A DNA stretch of 64,000 nt from Anthoceros angustus (lineage: Eukaryota > Plantae > Anthocerotophyta): the NCBI GenBank assembly GCA_010909165.1, contig MU008161.1, positions 1,116,001-1,180,000 on the forward strand, given 5' to 3'. How positions within the stretch are numbered: the first letter of the stretch is position 1; the number at the start of each line of letters is the position of its first letter. Positions 13,098 through 26,289 of this stretch are shown piece by piece. The notes below the pieces were generated by a model. The model was not told the DNA's origin and searched no databases. It saw only the letters and a list, made by a program, of their open reading frames with translations. The translations under genes were made by a program, and so were the position numbers.

Positions 13098-13290
13098 CTG
13101 CGTGTCTGCCATAGTTGTATTGCTTGGGGTTTGCAACTCTTTCCACTAGGCTGGGCTGCAACGTTTTTTCTTAGGCTGGGCTGCAACGTTTTTTCTTAGG
13201 CTGGGCTGGCGATAGCTGAGTTGTTCCGAAGCAGGGATTGGTGAGGTAGCAAGCATGGGGGCTAGGTAGTCATCTATATCTTGGCATGAA

Positions 13291-13336
13291 AGAGTGATGG
13301 TCCTTTCTACTTGCTAGTAGAAGGGACCATCACTCT
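13291..13336. repeat. Inverted repeat/hairpin, about 21-bp stem and 4-nt loop
   Basis: AGAGTGATGGTCCTTTCTACT-tgct-AGTAGAAGGGACCATCACTCT, with one G-T mismatch. Confidence 0.85.
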
Positions 13337-14304
13337 CACTTGCAATTGGAAGCCCTCAAACTCGCAGAGACAATGAGGTAATGTTGCCTTGCAGGTTTCG
13401 ATATTGGCAGCAATTGAAGGCATATGATTCACTCTGATATTGGCTTCCGCATAGAGTCTGGTGAATCACAGGCAAAGAAAAATGGAGCCTCAATATAAGC
13501 AAATTACTTGGAATGCAAGAGCAACGGATGCACACAATGAGATGAAGTAGAAGCCCACAGTTCCCTAATATTGATATGAAGGTCTCCCTTCTTAGACAAC
13601 AGACCTCCCTCTCAGGGCTACTAACATGGCTAGCTCCCGCCACGTAGAGCATCTTATCCACAAACATCCTGATTGGGGCTTTAATGTAATGGTAGATGGG
13701 TTCACTCATTCAATAATTTATTTTTGCGAGTCTTTCTCTAGTCTTTTTTTAATTATGTTTTCAACAGTCTAAGTACTCAGTGTCAACAGTTCACAATTTC
13801 ACTCAATTCACCAAAAAATTCAAATTTCAAAATTTCTAAGAATATTCCAGTTTACTACACACTCTTTCAACAATTCACATTTCCAAGGATGCTGTGTCGT
13901 AGCCCTAGTAAACTCTGATCATCAAGACTTCATTAACCGATGCTTTATCGAGAAATAGTGCTATTTCATGCACTGATCTTCTCAGAAATTCTGCAGCAAC
14001 CAGAATCCGCATTATTTTTGGTTTGACCCCATACAAACTAAAATCTTGTGCTGCCATTAGGAGCACCTCCAGGACATATCCATTATCCAATGTCTCAGAC
14101 TTCCTACGCACTGCCAGAAGACTTCTGGCAGGCCAGTCCCTCCATGGTCCCAGCCAGGACCGTCCTGTTGTATGCGGTCGAGGCGGCATGGCTAGGGACA
14201 GAGACTTCAACGCCGTCAGAAAAGGCCAGCCAGCTGCACAGATTGGACGCCTTTTTGTCTTGGACCAGAAGCTGGTCATAAGCTCAGGTGCCTCCACAAC
14301 GGTG

Positions 14305-16993
14305 CTATCGCTGAGGCTTATTCTCGGCTCTCTGCTTCAGGAGCAGGGCACTGCATTGCGCCATAACTCTTGATGCCCGTGTGATAGGATCTGTCATATA
14401 GAAATTGTCGATAGCCTTGGTGAAGGGTGCCAGTTTCAGCTTGGAGAAAGACTTTGCCTGCACGTTGCTGGACCAAGGAGTAGCTGGCTCGAGCTCATCA
14501 ACCTTGAACAGATGAGGTGAAACAGATTCCATGCGAGCTCGAATGCCCTTCAAGCTGCTGTAAGGTAGCGGCACCCCAACAATCTCTGCAAGAGCAACTA
14601 TAATCTTCCAGTCATCTCTAGCATCACCCACAGTTGGAACTGCAGGGCTGGTCTGCTGGGGTCGACCCTCTGCATTCACGTAAATCCCCTCCTTCTCACT
14701 GAAAGCAGCTCCAGGTAGAATGACATTTGCACGATATGCACTTCGGTCTCCATGGTGACCCTGGTAGACTACAAAAGCGTCTCGGGCAATTTCATCTGGA
14801 TTCAACTCATCAGCTCCAAGTAGGTACAGAAACTTCAGTTTGCTTTGTTCATTCACAGCCCTTGAAGAAGATACGAAACCAAGATCCCGCCCTGCACCTT
14901 GTGCAGCGTTTAACAATAAAAGATTGTACCCATTCCAGCCCTTTCTTATAATTTTCGCGTGATTAGTGATACTCTGCACTGCAGCCAGGATTGCGTCCTT
15001 GTCCTTGTGTTGCAGCACTCCACCTCCAACAATAATTGCTGGTCGCTTAGCTTTGGCTAAAACAGAACAAAAAGGATGGCGACCTTCAGCTAAGCGGCCC
15101 AAAGTTTCTGTGCCAGCGCCCAAATGCTCATACTTATAACCCAGGTCCACAGGAGGACCAACGGCAGCCACTCTTGTCCGGCCTGCTCTAACACTCTTCC
15201 TCAGTCGCAGGTTTACTAAAGCAGCCTCGGTCCGGACCTGCACAAATCCTATCAATCAGCAAGACCAAAAAGTCATTTGGTTCAGATTCGCATATACACA
15301 GCAAGCCTTCACCATATGTGTCTCACCTCTGTCGCAATCAACAACACGACGTCTGCCTCTTCCATTCCGGATATGCTTGAGTTCAGCAGAAACTTGGAGC
15401 GCAGATCTGCGTCAGCAGCATCACCATCTCCTTCACACCACATCCTCTCACATCCCAACTTATTCAGCAGATCTTTCAGAGCCATAATTGATTCAGCATC
15501 AGCAAGCTTGCCAGCTATAGCTGCCATCTCTTCTGGCTTTGCAGTGTGAGCGGCCTGAGCAACTGCCGCAAGAGCGTCATGCCAACGTGCAGGCTGCAGT
15601 TGACCACTGGAATTGCGAATCATTGGCTCATTAAGCCTTTGCCTCTTAAGGCCATCGTATGAAAATCTTGCCTTATCAGAAATCCATTCTTCATTCACGT
15701 CCTGCAACATAAAAGGAGGGAAACAAATGATGCGGTAAAACGGAAAGTCATTCAAAGAGAGAAGTCTTGAACAGCAACACAGAGCCTAAGAATCTAAGAG
15801 TGCGTGTACCTCATTCAACCGAGGGAGAATGCGCATAACTTCTGGCCCACGACTATCTATTCTTATATTTGCTCCCACGGCATCAGTCACGTCAATGCTT
15901 TCAGTGCTCTTCAGTTCCCAGCTCCTCGCGGTAAAAGCAAAAGGCTTTGATGTTAAAGCACCAACAGGACAGACATCTATCACGTTGCCTGATAATTCAC
16001 TTGTCATCAAATTCTCGATATAAGTACCAATCTCTTCACTTGAACCCCGTCCAAGCACGCCCAAGTCCTGAACCCCTGCAATCTCTGACGCAAACCGCAC
16101 ACACCTGAACAGAGGGAATGCACGTACCGTCGGAGTGAGAAAAGGAGATATGCATCCTGCAAGTACAGAGTTCAGTCCTATCACCTGGGTAAGAGTTAGG
16201 CTTATCATCCCCTCAAAACGTGAGGTTTCTCATCATAGTCTCTTTCAGCTGACCTAACTCCGCACTTAAGCCAAGTAGCAAGGAGCCTAGGCACTACACC
16301 TTTCCAAAACCACAAATGCTCTTCTGCGCTGTAGGTCAGCTCACCTCGTACACTGAATGCATCGAGTCATAACTGTCTTCACCAACGGCCCTAAATTCTT
16401 GTCCACGACTGACCGTTTGGTTTCGATGAATCGGCCACGGTCAGAACCAAACACCATCGACTGGTCCTGCAAATCACACTCGCCTCCTTGGTCACAGATC
16501 GGGCAGTCCAGAGGGTGATTCAGCAGCAAAAACTCCATGACTCCCTCCCTAGCTTTCTTCACCATCGGGGTCGTGGTTTTTATTTTCATGCCTACCACAA
16601 TGCAGAAATTAACCAGAAAAGTGAGGGCACCGACTATGCAACCCGCATATGCTGGCATGTATTACCAGTTCCAGTGCTTTGCAAACTACCTGCCGAAATT
16701 GGAAGGGCGCACGAGGCTACGGCCTTGGGGGTCTTCTCCACTTCAACCAGACACATCCTGCAGTTCCCGGCGATGGACAACCGCGGATGATAGCAGAAGC
16801 GAGGAATGTCCACCCCGGCTGCTTCACAAGCTTGGAGCACCGTCATGCCTTTAGCAACTTTGACCGGCTGCCCATCCACGAAAACTTCAACGCCATCATC
16901 CTTGGCTGCGGCTGTAGACGCATGACGGAGCCGCGAGCTGGCGCCCTGGAACCGTGACAGTCGTAGAGCTGCCCTCCTTGCCGCTACCGCCAT
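14305..16993 (-). CDS. NDUFS1: NADH:ubiquinone oxidoreductase 75-kDa Fe-S subunit (nuclear nad11/CI75), 5 exons
   Basis: Exons 16993-16690, 16591-16345, 16104-15810, 15701-15327 and 15237-14305. Motifs [62 protein letters not shown] and [11 protein letters not shown]. Arg/Ala/Ser-rich presequence. Confidence 0.97.
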
Positions 16994-17570
16994 GGCTCCC
17001 ACGCTGATCCTCGCCCAAGGACACAGCAAGGAAATACAGTCCGCTTGCTTCACAGTATTTATTTTTTTAGTGCGAAATAGCTTAATTAGAATAAAGACAA
17101 GCGGGTTCAATTATTTCAGGCGCATGTGGAATCATATCGTAGCCGGATTGTATATTTATTCTAATTACCTAGGTAGATAGGCACAAGGGACCTAGGTGTG
17201 TACTCAGCAATTCCAGCAGAATTACTAACCGGCCCTTTTATGGAATAGAAGGTTCTCGTCACCGACATGAGGAGAAAACTTGTGTGACTTATTTTTTTTC
17301 TTTGTGCCGAGGTGGTGTGCCACCTGGCCCGTTGACCAGAAGCGCCAGGGAGAGCAAAGACTAGACTCCGAAGGACAGAGCTCGGGGCGTGGCCATTGCT
17401 GAAACCTGAGCAGGGATATCGGCAAGTCTTGAAGCAGCTGCAGTGTTGGACGGGACAAATTGGCCGACTTGTTGCTGTTTCTGTACGTCGAGGTACATCT
17501 GTATTGCCCAAGCAATCGTTGAAGGCGAAACCATAGTAAGTGGTGTTCAGAAGGGAGCAACGTCATCGAC

Positions 17571-17713
17571 CTAGCCACGATAGCAAATCACGTCTAGCCT
17601 GGCCATTAGTGGCCCAGCCACGACGGCGGGTCACGTCTGGCATGGCCATTAGTGGCCTAGCCGCGACGACGGATCACGTCTGGCTTGGCCATTAGTGGCC
17701 TAGCTGCGACGGC
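17571..17713. repeat. 43-bp tandem repeat, 3.3 copies, each with CACGTC and GGCCATTAGTGGC
   Basis: Read directly; lies about 580 bp upstream of the NDUFS1 ATG. Confidence 0.88.
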
Positions 17714-18106
17714 CTCATCGCGGCCGACCGGTCTAGCTGGAACTCCTTATGGCTCTTTGCACGAAGTTAGGGCGAACCTAGACCTCCACTGTGGTGCATC
17801 GAGCCAGGTGGCGCACCAGCTCCGCACAAAACAAAAAAAAGGCTACAAACAAGTTTCCCTAAACTTGTGGGTGACGACAATAGTATTCCATACCCTTCAT
17901 TATAATTTCAAGTAAATTCATGGTCATGAAGTTATCTTTTCTGCTCATTCACTTTCTTAACCAGTTAGTTTTGGTGAAAGAGTGGCACCTCAATTACATG
18001 TGTTTGGGCTTTCCAATACGTCGATCCATATACAATGGGTGCATAGATCCATACCTTGTTAGTCCTATGACGACGGACCGACCCGTCCAACAACTTCGTT
18101 TTTTAA

Positions 18107-18295
18107 TCTTGCTTTCACCTAAATCACGTCGTTTCTTTGATCTTGTTTTCACCTAAATCACATCGTTTCTTTGATCTTGTTTTCACCTAAATCACGTCGT
18201 TTCTTTGATCTTGTTTTCACTTAAATCATATCTTTTCTTTGATCTTGTTTTCACCTAAATCACATCTTTTCTTTGATCTTGTTTTCACCTAAATC
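18107..18295. repeat. 34-bp tandem repeat (TCTTGTTTTCACCTAAATCACGTCGTTTCTTTGA), 5.6 copies
   Basis: Read directly from the sequence. Confidence 0.92.
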
Positions 18296-18840
18296 GCCTC
18301 CGAGCGTGGTATGGGATGAGTATCATGGACATGTATAAAATTTTCACTTGATAAATAGTCCTCAAGTTCATATTTGTTGGTGCACATGGAAGAAAAAGAT
18401 TCTTTTAGGTACCTTGAGACCATGGTGGTGTGAGTATGGTTAGCTGCACCTGCGATGAGGGTGCATTATTGGTATATCGCTAATAAGGTTACCTTCTAAG
18501 GTCTAGTTGGCACATTGCCCAATGAACAAGTGTCAGATCATCGCCTTTTGTCTTCTGGTACAATCAGAGGCCCGATGTAGACACGGCTCAGATTTCTGGG
18601 TGCCTTGTCTTTCTCATATTGAATGTTATAAGCCTCCTGACTAGTCGTCCTCCTCAATTCGCTTGAAATGGATCACAATGGAGCTGTGATGGCAAACATA
18701 TTGGAGTCTGCCCCTTTGGATGATGCCAACTTCCTCTTAACCGTGGATAGAAAATAGAATTGTCACCATGTTTGTTTGGTTACTTGTATGCTTGTTTAAT
18801 TTTCTCTTTTTCGGAGGTTATAAAAAGAATGTATATCTCC

Positions 18841-18908
18841 TTAGGTGCATCCATACTCCGATGACAATATGGATACAATATCGGAGGTGACAATATGGAT
18901 GCACCTAA
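18841..18908. repeat. 68-bp element with perfect 15-bp terminal inverted repeats and an inner CTCCGAT/ATCGGAG stem (MITE-like remnant)
   Basis: TTAGGTGCATCCATA at 18841 and TATGGATGCACCTAA ending at 18908. Confidence 0.6.
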
Positions 18909-19009
18909 TTTTTATATCTATGAGGAAATCGACATACATATGATAAGAATTGCCTTTGTGCCCTGTGAGGAATATATAGATAAACTAAGAGCATCGTAAA
19001 TGCTTAAAC

Positions 19010-20523
19010 TTCATCGGGAACTTCCTAGACCAGGCTCTCACGGAGGACTTCTTCCATATCGAGGACCTTCCTTTGCTAGAGGATGCTCATGTGGCCTTCA
19101 GTATTCTTTTCTCTTGTTTCACTAAGCGAATTGGTCACCTGATCTGCGCGCTGCCCTAGTCCCCGGTTCTTCTATCTTAGTCGCAGGGGTTTGACAGAAA
19201 GATCATGGATACTCTTGGAGACATCATGGGCCCAAGGGGTTTGAGTGTCTTCCAGGCGATCTCGCCTATTGGCAAGCATCTATGCTAGTGCAACTCAGGG
19301 GCACCGGTCTGCTCTCACTGGAGGTTTCTTCCAAGATGGCTTTCTTGGGCAGCTGGGTCTTACCTACCCCTGTTTTGGCCTTTCGCTTCATCCTCTATGA
19401 TAAGACCTTTTTGGAGGATCTCGTTTCTGGTGTGGAGGAGAGGGATGCCTCTCCAAATGTCCTTGAGGCAGGCCAAGGATATGTTATTTGCTGATGCATG
19501 GCGGGAATTCCCTCCTTTCTTAATATTTATCACCGATTGTTTCAGAGGGTTGTAGGCATCGTTGCTTGAGAAGCCGCTTGGCCAATTTTCCAGTCCGTAC
19601 TCCTAGACCCCTCCATCCCCAGGTCCACCAAAGCTCTGCTTCGCTCTTGTTCTAGGAAGCGCGTTGGCACTTGGCTACCGGCTCGTCCATGTATTCAGGG
19701 TTTTCGCATCGCACCAACTACCTTCACTATTGCGATGCATTTCCATCTTGGCCTGCTCCAGCCTATGGCTTTCTTCCTCCTTACCTGCGAGTGCAGCTCT
19801 GCCCTCCATGACTTTGGGGTACACCTTGCTCGTTGTCCCCATGGGGGCCATCGCATCGCCACTCACAACGTCATCTGCGATGTCTTGTTTGCCGTAACTC
19901 GCGAAAGCGGCTACATGGCCTAGAGGGAGCGGGGGTACACTCTTCGTATAGGTCGCTCAATCATGGCTGAATTGTACTTTGTCCGTAGCGACCAGGTTTC
20001 GGTGGCGGGCATGGTGGTTACTGACCCTGTGGCCGACACCATCTTTACTAAGGTCATCACTAACCGCCTAGGTTGGGATACTGCTGGAGCAAAGGCTCTC
20101 AAGATCAGGAAGTACAGCGAGATGCAAGCAGACCACCTCTTTATTCCGCTTGCACTTGGAACGTATGGGGCGATGATCGAGGACTTCGATAAATTTCTGA
20201 AGTTGTGTGCCAAAGCTTACCTCGCCCGCAGGCATGGCGCGGGGTTGTCTCTTTCCTAATTCGTAGCATACTACAGACAGCGAGTCTTAATTGTCCTTCA
20301 AAGGGCCCTCTCAACGGCAATCTTCACATGTAGGCGACCGCAGATAACGCTTCTTCCTCTGCTCCGTGATTTGCAAGCCATTTGTTCTTCTTGCATATCA
20401 CATTGTGCGAGCAATAGGTGACTATAGGTAGGGAGCTTAGTCACTCCCTTTCATCCTGACCTTTGGGGTCCTCCTTGGTTGTCCCTGCTAGATGGCTTTT
20501 CCCATCATTTTTTCTCTCAATAG
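19010..20523 (+). mobile_element. CRE-like (RLE-type) non-LTR retrotransposon, 3' portion, degenerate
   Basis: EDLPLLEDAHVAFSIL (post-RT), zinc knuckle CECSSALHDFGVHLARCPHGGHRIATHN, endonuclease region ELYFVR.DQV..VVTDP and LFIPLALGTYG. The 3' UTR ending ..CAATA matches the copy at 34294. Confidence 0.8.
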
Positions 20524-21921
20524 AAGACTTGGTAAATGATTGAGATGCTGAAAAATAAGTAATTTCAAAAATCAGGATTTATTTTAAATTAAATACTATA
20601 CTAATATAACTTGATCTTAATACTATCTATTTAAAATCCGTGTGGTCACTCAGTGAGGAGGTTGGTGTGGACAACTAAGACTATTGTGAAATAGAGGAGG
20701 AAACAAGTCTAAATGACATTATAGAGACATAGTTTTGGACTAAAATGTTAAAATTTATTTTTTAACCACTCCACTAGGTGCGAAGATAGATTAGAGATTT
20801 GGACTTAGTGTTTATTATCCCTAAACACTGGATGTCCTTTATTTTTTTATCAACTCGACTAGCCCCACTCGACTAGCTGCTAGGAGCATTGAGCATGTAT
20901 TTGTGATTTAACCTAGAAGATGTAATCAAGTATTCACCGGGCTATGAATACAAGTAGGATAAGAAAATGCAATAAAGATAGAACAACAAAATGCGCTTGC
21001 AATGAGTGACTTCGAGGCATGAGTTCTTTGGATCTCGACAATTAATCGCTCTTCAGATGAATCAGTGTTTGAATGAAGTGCCATCCATCCCCGATTTCAA
21101 GGCCCTATGGGACCGCTCGTTGTAGAAATCTTGCGCTCATCCGCATATAACGTCCTGCCCTCGTCCGCGCAGTGTGAGGGACCCTCCCTTGTTGTAAGAG
21201 CACTACGGAAATACTCTTGACAAATCCCTGTGCGGACTTTGATGTACACTTTGAAATATCTTTAAAATCTCTGAATTCGCTAAAAAAAAGAGAGTGTGTA
21301 ACACGTTCCTTTTTATCATAAAACGAAGAGTGTGGCTTTCACCGCCATATGTATACTTTTAACGGGACTTCAACCCTCCTGCCTAGGAACTGCATATCGA
21401 CAAATTGTCTATCCGTTTTACGTATAGAATCATGTAAAACTCAGCTAGGGATCCGGGCGGCGACCACCGAATTACACCGACCGGTTTTGAGCTGCTCGGG
21501 CAGGGGCGGCGGGCAGGGGCAGCGGGCAAGTAAATCACGGGCAGAAAGCGGCGGGCAGCGTAGAGCTGCCCGGACCGCTTCGTGCGACCACGTGTAAGCG
21601 GTATGATGGCATGGACGTGGCGGCCGGCACCAATGCGCTGTCCATCTCGCTGTTATATGTTGTATTTATCAACTGAGCATAAAGCTGGTTATGTAGCAGG
21701 AATGCGTTTGAAACGGGGTTTCAGTATTAATCGGGCTCGCTTATGTTGGGGGGCGGCGGGCACTGCGAAATGCGAGCTTCAGCTTGATGCTGGGAGAATC
21801 GGGATCCAGTCGAACAGATCCATCAGCAGGCTTGCGACGCTGTGGAGGAGGACAGATGCATGAGATCCTGGTGGGCTAGGTGCAGGATGGCGTGACTGCT
21901 GCTGTGCAGAGGAGGAGGAGG

Positions 21922-24009
21922 ATGACAACTCGTATCGTCGTGTTTCCTGTTAATGGCCGGAAGTGGGCTTTCAGCGCCGTGGCACAAGCTGCGGGGCCCG
22001 GGAAGGAGCAGGCTGCTTCGTTGGGGCAGCTGGCGCAGCAGATGAGGGGGATGGAGAATTTGAGTGACAGGCTGGAGCTGGCGACGCACTTTGTGTCGGA
22101 CAAGGCAAGTGTTTGGGTGTTCGGCAAGGATTCGTGAGGCCGAGTTGAGTGAGAAGGAGATTATGGAGTGCCATTTCCGTTGCGTGCGAGGATGTGTGCG
22201 ACGCGGCTGCGATTCTGGATTGACTTCGGACTGAGCCCGTTCACAAGGAGTGATATGCTTGAAGGATTCCTGACCTGGAAAGCTACTGGTGTCTGACAGT
22301 ATGGTGGCTGGTGTGTGTTGGGGGTTTTTGGCTGCAAGGCTGATTGTTCGGGGTTTAGGGTTTAAGCCTTCTGCCTCGGCCTATCCTTTTGGAGGCTGTT
22401 GTGCAAGGGAGGGCCTTTTGGATGTTCTGCACGTCACGTGGTTTGAACGACAGTTCTGTGTAGTCTGAATGGATGGGTGTTTCAGCTTTATCGTATGTTT
22501 TCTATTCAGATGCACGGGAAGTGGACTGCACTTCAGGATGCACCAGAGAAGAGTATACGACATCGAATATACAAGTAAGGTGGACCAATTTTGTAGGTAG
22601 AAGCTTTTTAGAAAATGTTTCTGGACCTGTATGTGTAAGGAATTGTTGAGGGGTATGCTGCTGAAGCGAGCTCGCTGCACAACTCGCTTTTGTTGCTTCA
22701 GGCTTGAGTGTGGGTTGCTAATTGTACTTTATGCTTCACAACTGGAGTACTTTTGGTGTCGTTGTGGAAGAGAGAGTCCGCTGCTTGTTTGTTCATATCG
22801 ATTTGGTATCTGCAGTGCAGGGCAGCGGCTGCTTGCCAGACTTCAACCATCAGAGTCCTTTCTGAAGACCATTCCCCGGGATACACACAAAATTGAAATA
22901 ATCTATCCACGTAGGTATGTGGCATTCTCTCCCTTGGCCAGTCTGTTGCAGATTCATCGAGTGATGACAGAACATATTGTGCACTGTGCTGCATTTGTTA
23001 TATAAGTTAGCAGCAGGACATTCAACCTGAACAAGGCGCGTGCTTTGAGACCAACTAGTTGAGGATCATCTCACGGTCTACCTGTCATTCATGTCCATCT
23101 GTTCCTCTTAGCAGTTGACCGAAATTTTTCAGGACATGGCTTTATGACTTGCCGTCTAGATATCAAGGAGTCGGAGTAGAGGCTGAAATAGTGTTTTGGC
23201 ATGTTCTGTCTGTTGCAGCATGAATCCAAGATTAGTGAGGCGAAGGGTACGGCATATTGCTCACAGGTGAGAGTCAACACATGTACTTTGTTTGCCATAT
23301 TACGCCCTTGACGAGCTTAGTGACGGGTGGATTTTGGTTCGCAGCGGAACTGTTGTCCATCAGCGACTCATGTACGGATCTTTTGCGTTTCTCCCATTCA
23401 CCGTCATTTTAGGGGTGAGTCTGTCTAAATGCAAACGAACTGCATGTGCTGGAGGACGAGCTATCTGTGTTCTCCTTTGTCTCACCCGGTCGTCTGTGGT
23501 TAATAGGTGCTGCCCATGCCGAATCTCCCCTTGTTTTGGAATGTTTTCCGTGCTCATGCCCATTGGCGAGCTCTCCAGGTGTGACTTTGCTGCCGAGGTC
23601 TTGCTGTCTCCTGAGTGGTAAGACTCGCTTACTCCTTACTGATGAAGCTGCTTCTGAAGCAGGGTAGCAAGAGGTTACAGTCTCTGGTAACCAATGGCTC
23701 AGTAGACCCTCAAATTTCTGACGAGGATCGTGCGATATCAGAACAAGCCAGTAACGACGGTCCTGCCAACGAGGACCATCCTTGGGTGAGTGTCTGTTAT
23801 CGTAGCCGTTTCCTTTCACTCAACACTGTTGTGTCTCCTCTCACATACAAAGACGGTTGCTATAGGTACTGGTCCCTTCAGAGAGACTAGAAAATCTGGT
23901 GGACATTCCAAGGACTTCGACCGAGGCAATCGAGGATATGGCAATAGAGAGCATTTGCGAAGAGTACCAGTTGGATTCCACTCATGTGATGAGGTGGAGA
24001 GATCATTGA
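21922..24009 (+). CDS. Mitochondrial K+/H+ exchange-related protein (Mit_KHE1/At1g53760-like), 8 exons, 267 aa
   Basis: Exons 21922-22104, 22510-22574, 22816-22914, 23219-23266, 23345-23414, 23507-23578, 23663-23785 and 23866-24009 sum to 804 nt in frame. Motifs RIVVFP..GR.W.F, LQPSESFLKTI, MNPRLVRRRVRHIA and LPMPNLPLFWNVFRAHAHWRALQGS. Confidence 0.88.
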
Positions 24010-24594
24010 GCCCCATGCTATGTGTTTGGGTCAGGCGGCTCTCTCCTGGAAAGGAGAGGCCGTCGGGAATTCAATTTTGTTCGTTAGGAAAGGAAAAATT
24101 GCCGAATTGAGTGCTCCGGATGACATGGAACCAGTAACGAATGTGACTGGTAGGTAGTTCGCTACCCCCAATACATATTTGAGTTGTCAAGCGTTTCAGA
24201 ACACTGCCTTGATGTCGGTGATCCAAGGGGGGTTACCAAAGTTGCGTCTCGGAGGTTGCAAATACGCGGTAGAGCCGACATTCAAAATTTGACATCCCGC
24301 CGACCAAACCGTCACCTGCTGCCACCTGCGAGCAGTGTCGCGTTCCCCGCATCGCACATCCCAGCAACTGGCCGCTGAATCGCGGGTCGCAACAGTCCGC
24401 TCAGGTCGTACCGGGCCCAATCTGGCGTCCCCTCCCCCAACTTGCGTTTTCACACTCTTGGCGTCCGCGGTTTTGGTAGGCACTGGAAACCTTGGGCGGG
24501 AGGCTGGATCTGTGAGACTGTGCGGCGGCGGGGACGAGCTTCGGGAGATCGGGAGCTGGGGTGAGCGGAATTGGGGGAAGATCGGGGAGCGGGA

Positions 24595-25792
24595 ATGCAG
24601 CCCGTGAGGGTGATGTATGAGGATGAGACCACGGCGGAAGAGGCGACTGCGTTGACACGCTTCAAAGGGGTGACCATGGCGAGAGGCTACGATTGCCCTC
24701 GCAGAGCAGACGACCAGACGTTGCTCAGGTTCTTGAGGGCCAAGCAGCTGGATCTGAGAAAAGCCCTGGCCATGTATGGCGATTTTGTGCAATGGCGCCG
24801 CGTCAACAACGTGGACTCTCTCCTCCAGGTCTGCGACTGCGCGCACGCGTGCTTAGCTTGCGTCTCGCATGCTGCTTGTCCGGTAGCGGAGCCTGCGGGG
24901 TTGCAGGTGTTTCTCAGTTTCTCACGTATCTGACGGGAATGCAGACCTTTCAGTACCCAGAGCTGGATCGGGTTCTCAGAACCTGGCCCCAAAATTGGCA
25001 CAAGACTGACAAGCTCGGTCGACCTATCAACATCCAGCTGCTGTCAAGGTGTGAAGTGTCCCATGTTGCCAAGGCAAGCCCTTGAAGTTGCTGGCAGAAC
25101 GGAGGCCGTTTTGTGATTAAGCAGCCTGCCGCTCTTAGCTGTAGAGCTAACAATGCCTGCATCAGGCTGCGGATCCAAGAGCTGTTTCGAGAGACCACGG
25201 AAGAGAGGCTGCTGAAAAGGGCTCTGTGGGTGTGGGAGGACCTCCACGAGGTGAAGCTGCCCGCCTGCTCTGCTGCAGCAGGCCATTACGTGGGGAGAGC
25301 CACAGTCATCATCGACCTCAAGGGTGTGGTGAGTCGCCATCTCCCAGCACCCAGCCTTGGAGCTGGTTGTCTTCACATACTCCCTCTGTCCATGCTTGCA
25401 TCTCAATGTGGTTTGCCTGTAATAACACACTGTGGTGGGAACATGAGCAGAGCACAATCACCTTCACCAACTCTCATGTGAGGAAGGTTCTGCCCAAATT
25501 GGCCAAATGGTTTTCCTCCTACTTCCCCGAGTACCTGGGTCGGCTCATCATCATCAACACCCCGGCTACCTTCAAGCTGCTATGGGAGATGCTGAGCCCC
25601 TTCATTGACGATCAAACCCAGAAGAAAATCCGCATCCACAAGGGCAACGGGCTGGATGACCTGTTGGACACGGTTGATGCAGCTAACCTGCCTGTCTTCC
25701 TGGGAGGCACCTGTAATTGCCCGGGAGGTTGCATGGACAGTGCAACAGGGCCCTGGGCGGAGCCCAAGCAGAAGGCCGGTCTGTCAGGATAG
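24595..25792 (+). CDS. SEC14/CRAL-TRIO phosphatidylinositol transfer protein, 4 exons, about 280 aa
   Basis: Exons 24595-24828, 24945-25048, 25166-25328 and 25451-25792 (843 nt). Motifs DDQTLLRFLRAK..D..KA..M, TDKLGRP, IIDLKGV, FPEYLGRLIIINTP..F..LW and LPVFLGG.C.C. Start could instead be the ATG at 24613. Confidence 0.9.
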
Positions 25793-26289
25793 CCCACTTG
25801 CTGGCTCTCATGTCCTTCCCTTCCCTTCGCGCTGTTTGCAGTCAGCGTTGCCAGCCAATGAGTTAACAAGGACTGAGGACAGTCACAGGGGCGGAGTTGG
25901 ACCAAGCTGGGGCGGATTCCAGCTGTAGTCTTACCGTCTCTCGGACTGTGGAGACATGGGTACTGCACTCTTCTGCACCGAGTGTCACACGACTCATTAT
26001 GCACCCAGGCGTGGTGTACTGGTGGAAGGCAACTTGAAGCTGCCCGAGCGCCGGACGGAATGGCACAATTTTGACATCCGAACAGTAGTACCTACGCTGA
26101 TCACATTAGAGCGACGTTAGGCTATTACAAACTTCAACACTATTTAATCTCGGTTACTGCTCTGCACAGAACAGCGTCGTGTGGGTGCTTTTCATAATCC
26201 CCTCATGTACAAAGGCGTGCGCGGTAAGCACCGCTTCCTACTCGTTTCGGAATTTTGCTCCATTTCGCAGACATCCGTAAGAGAAGCGA

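Noticed and set aside
13356-14297. 117-aa and 130-aa ORFs downstream of NDUFS1
   Set aside because: No recognisable motif or splice structure; probably 3' UTR or intergenic.
24196-24846. 216-aa minus-strand ORF
   Set aside because: Antisense to SEC14 exon 1 and its GC-rich leader.
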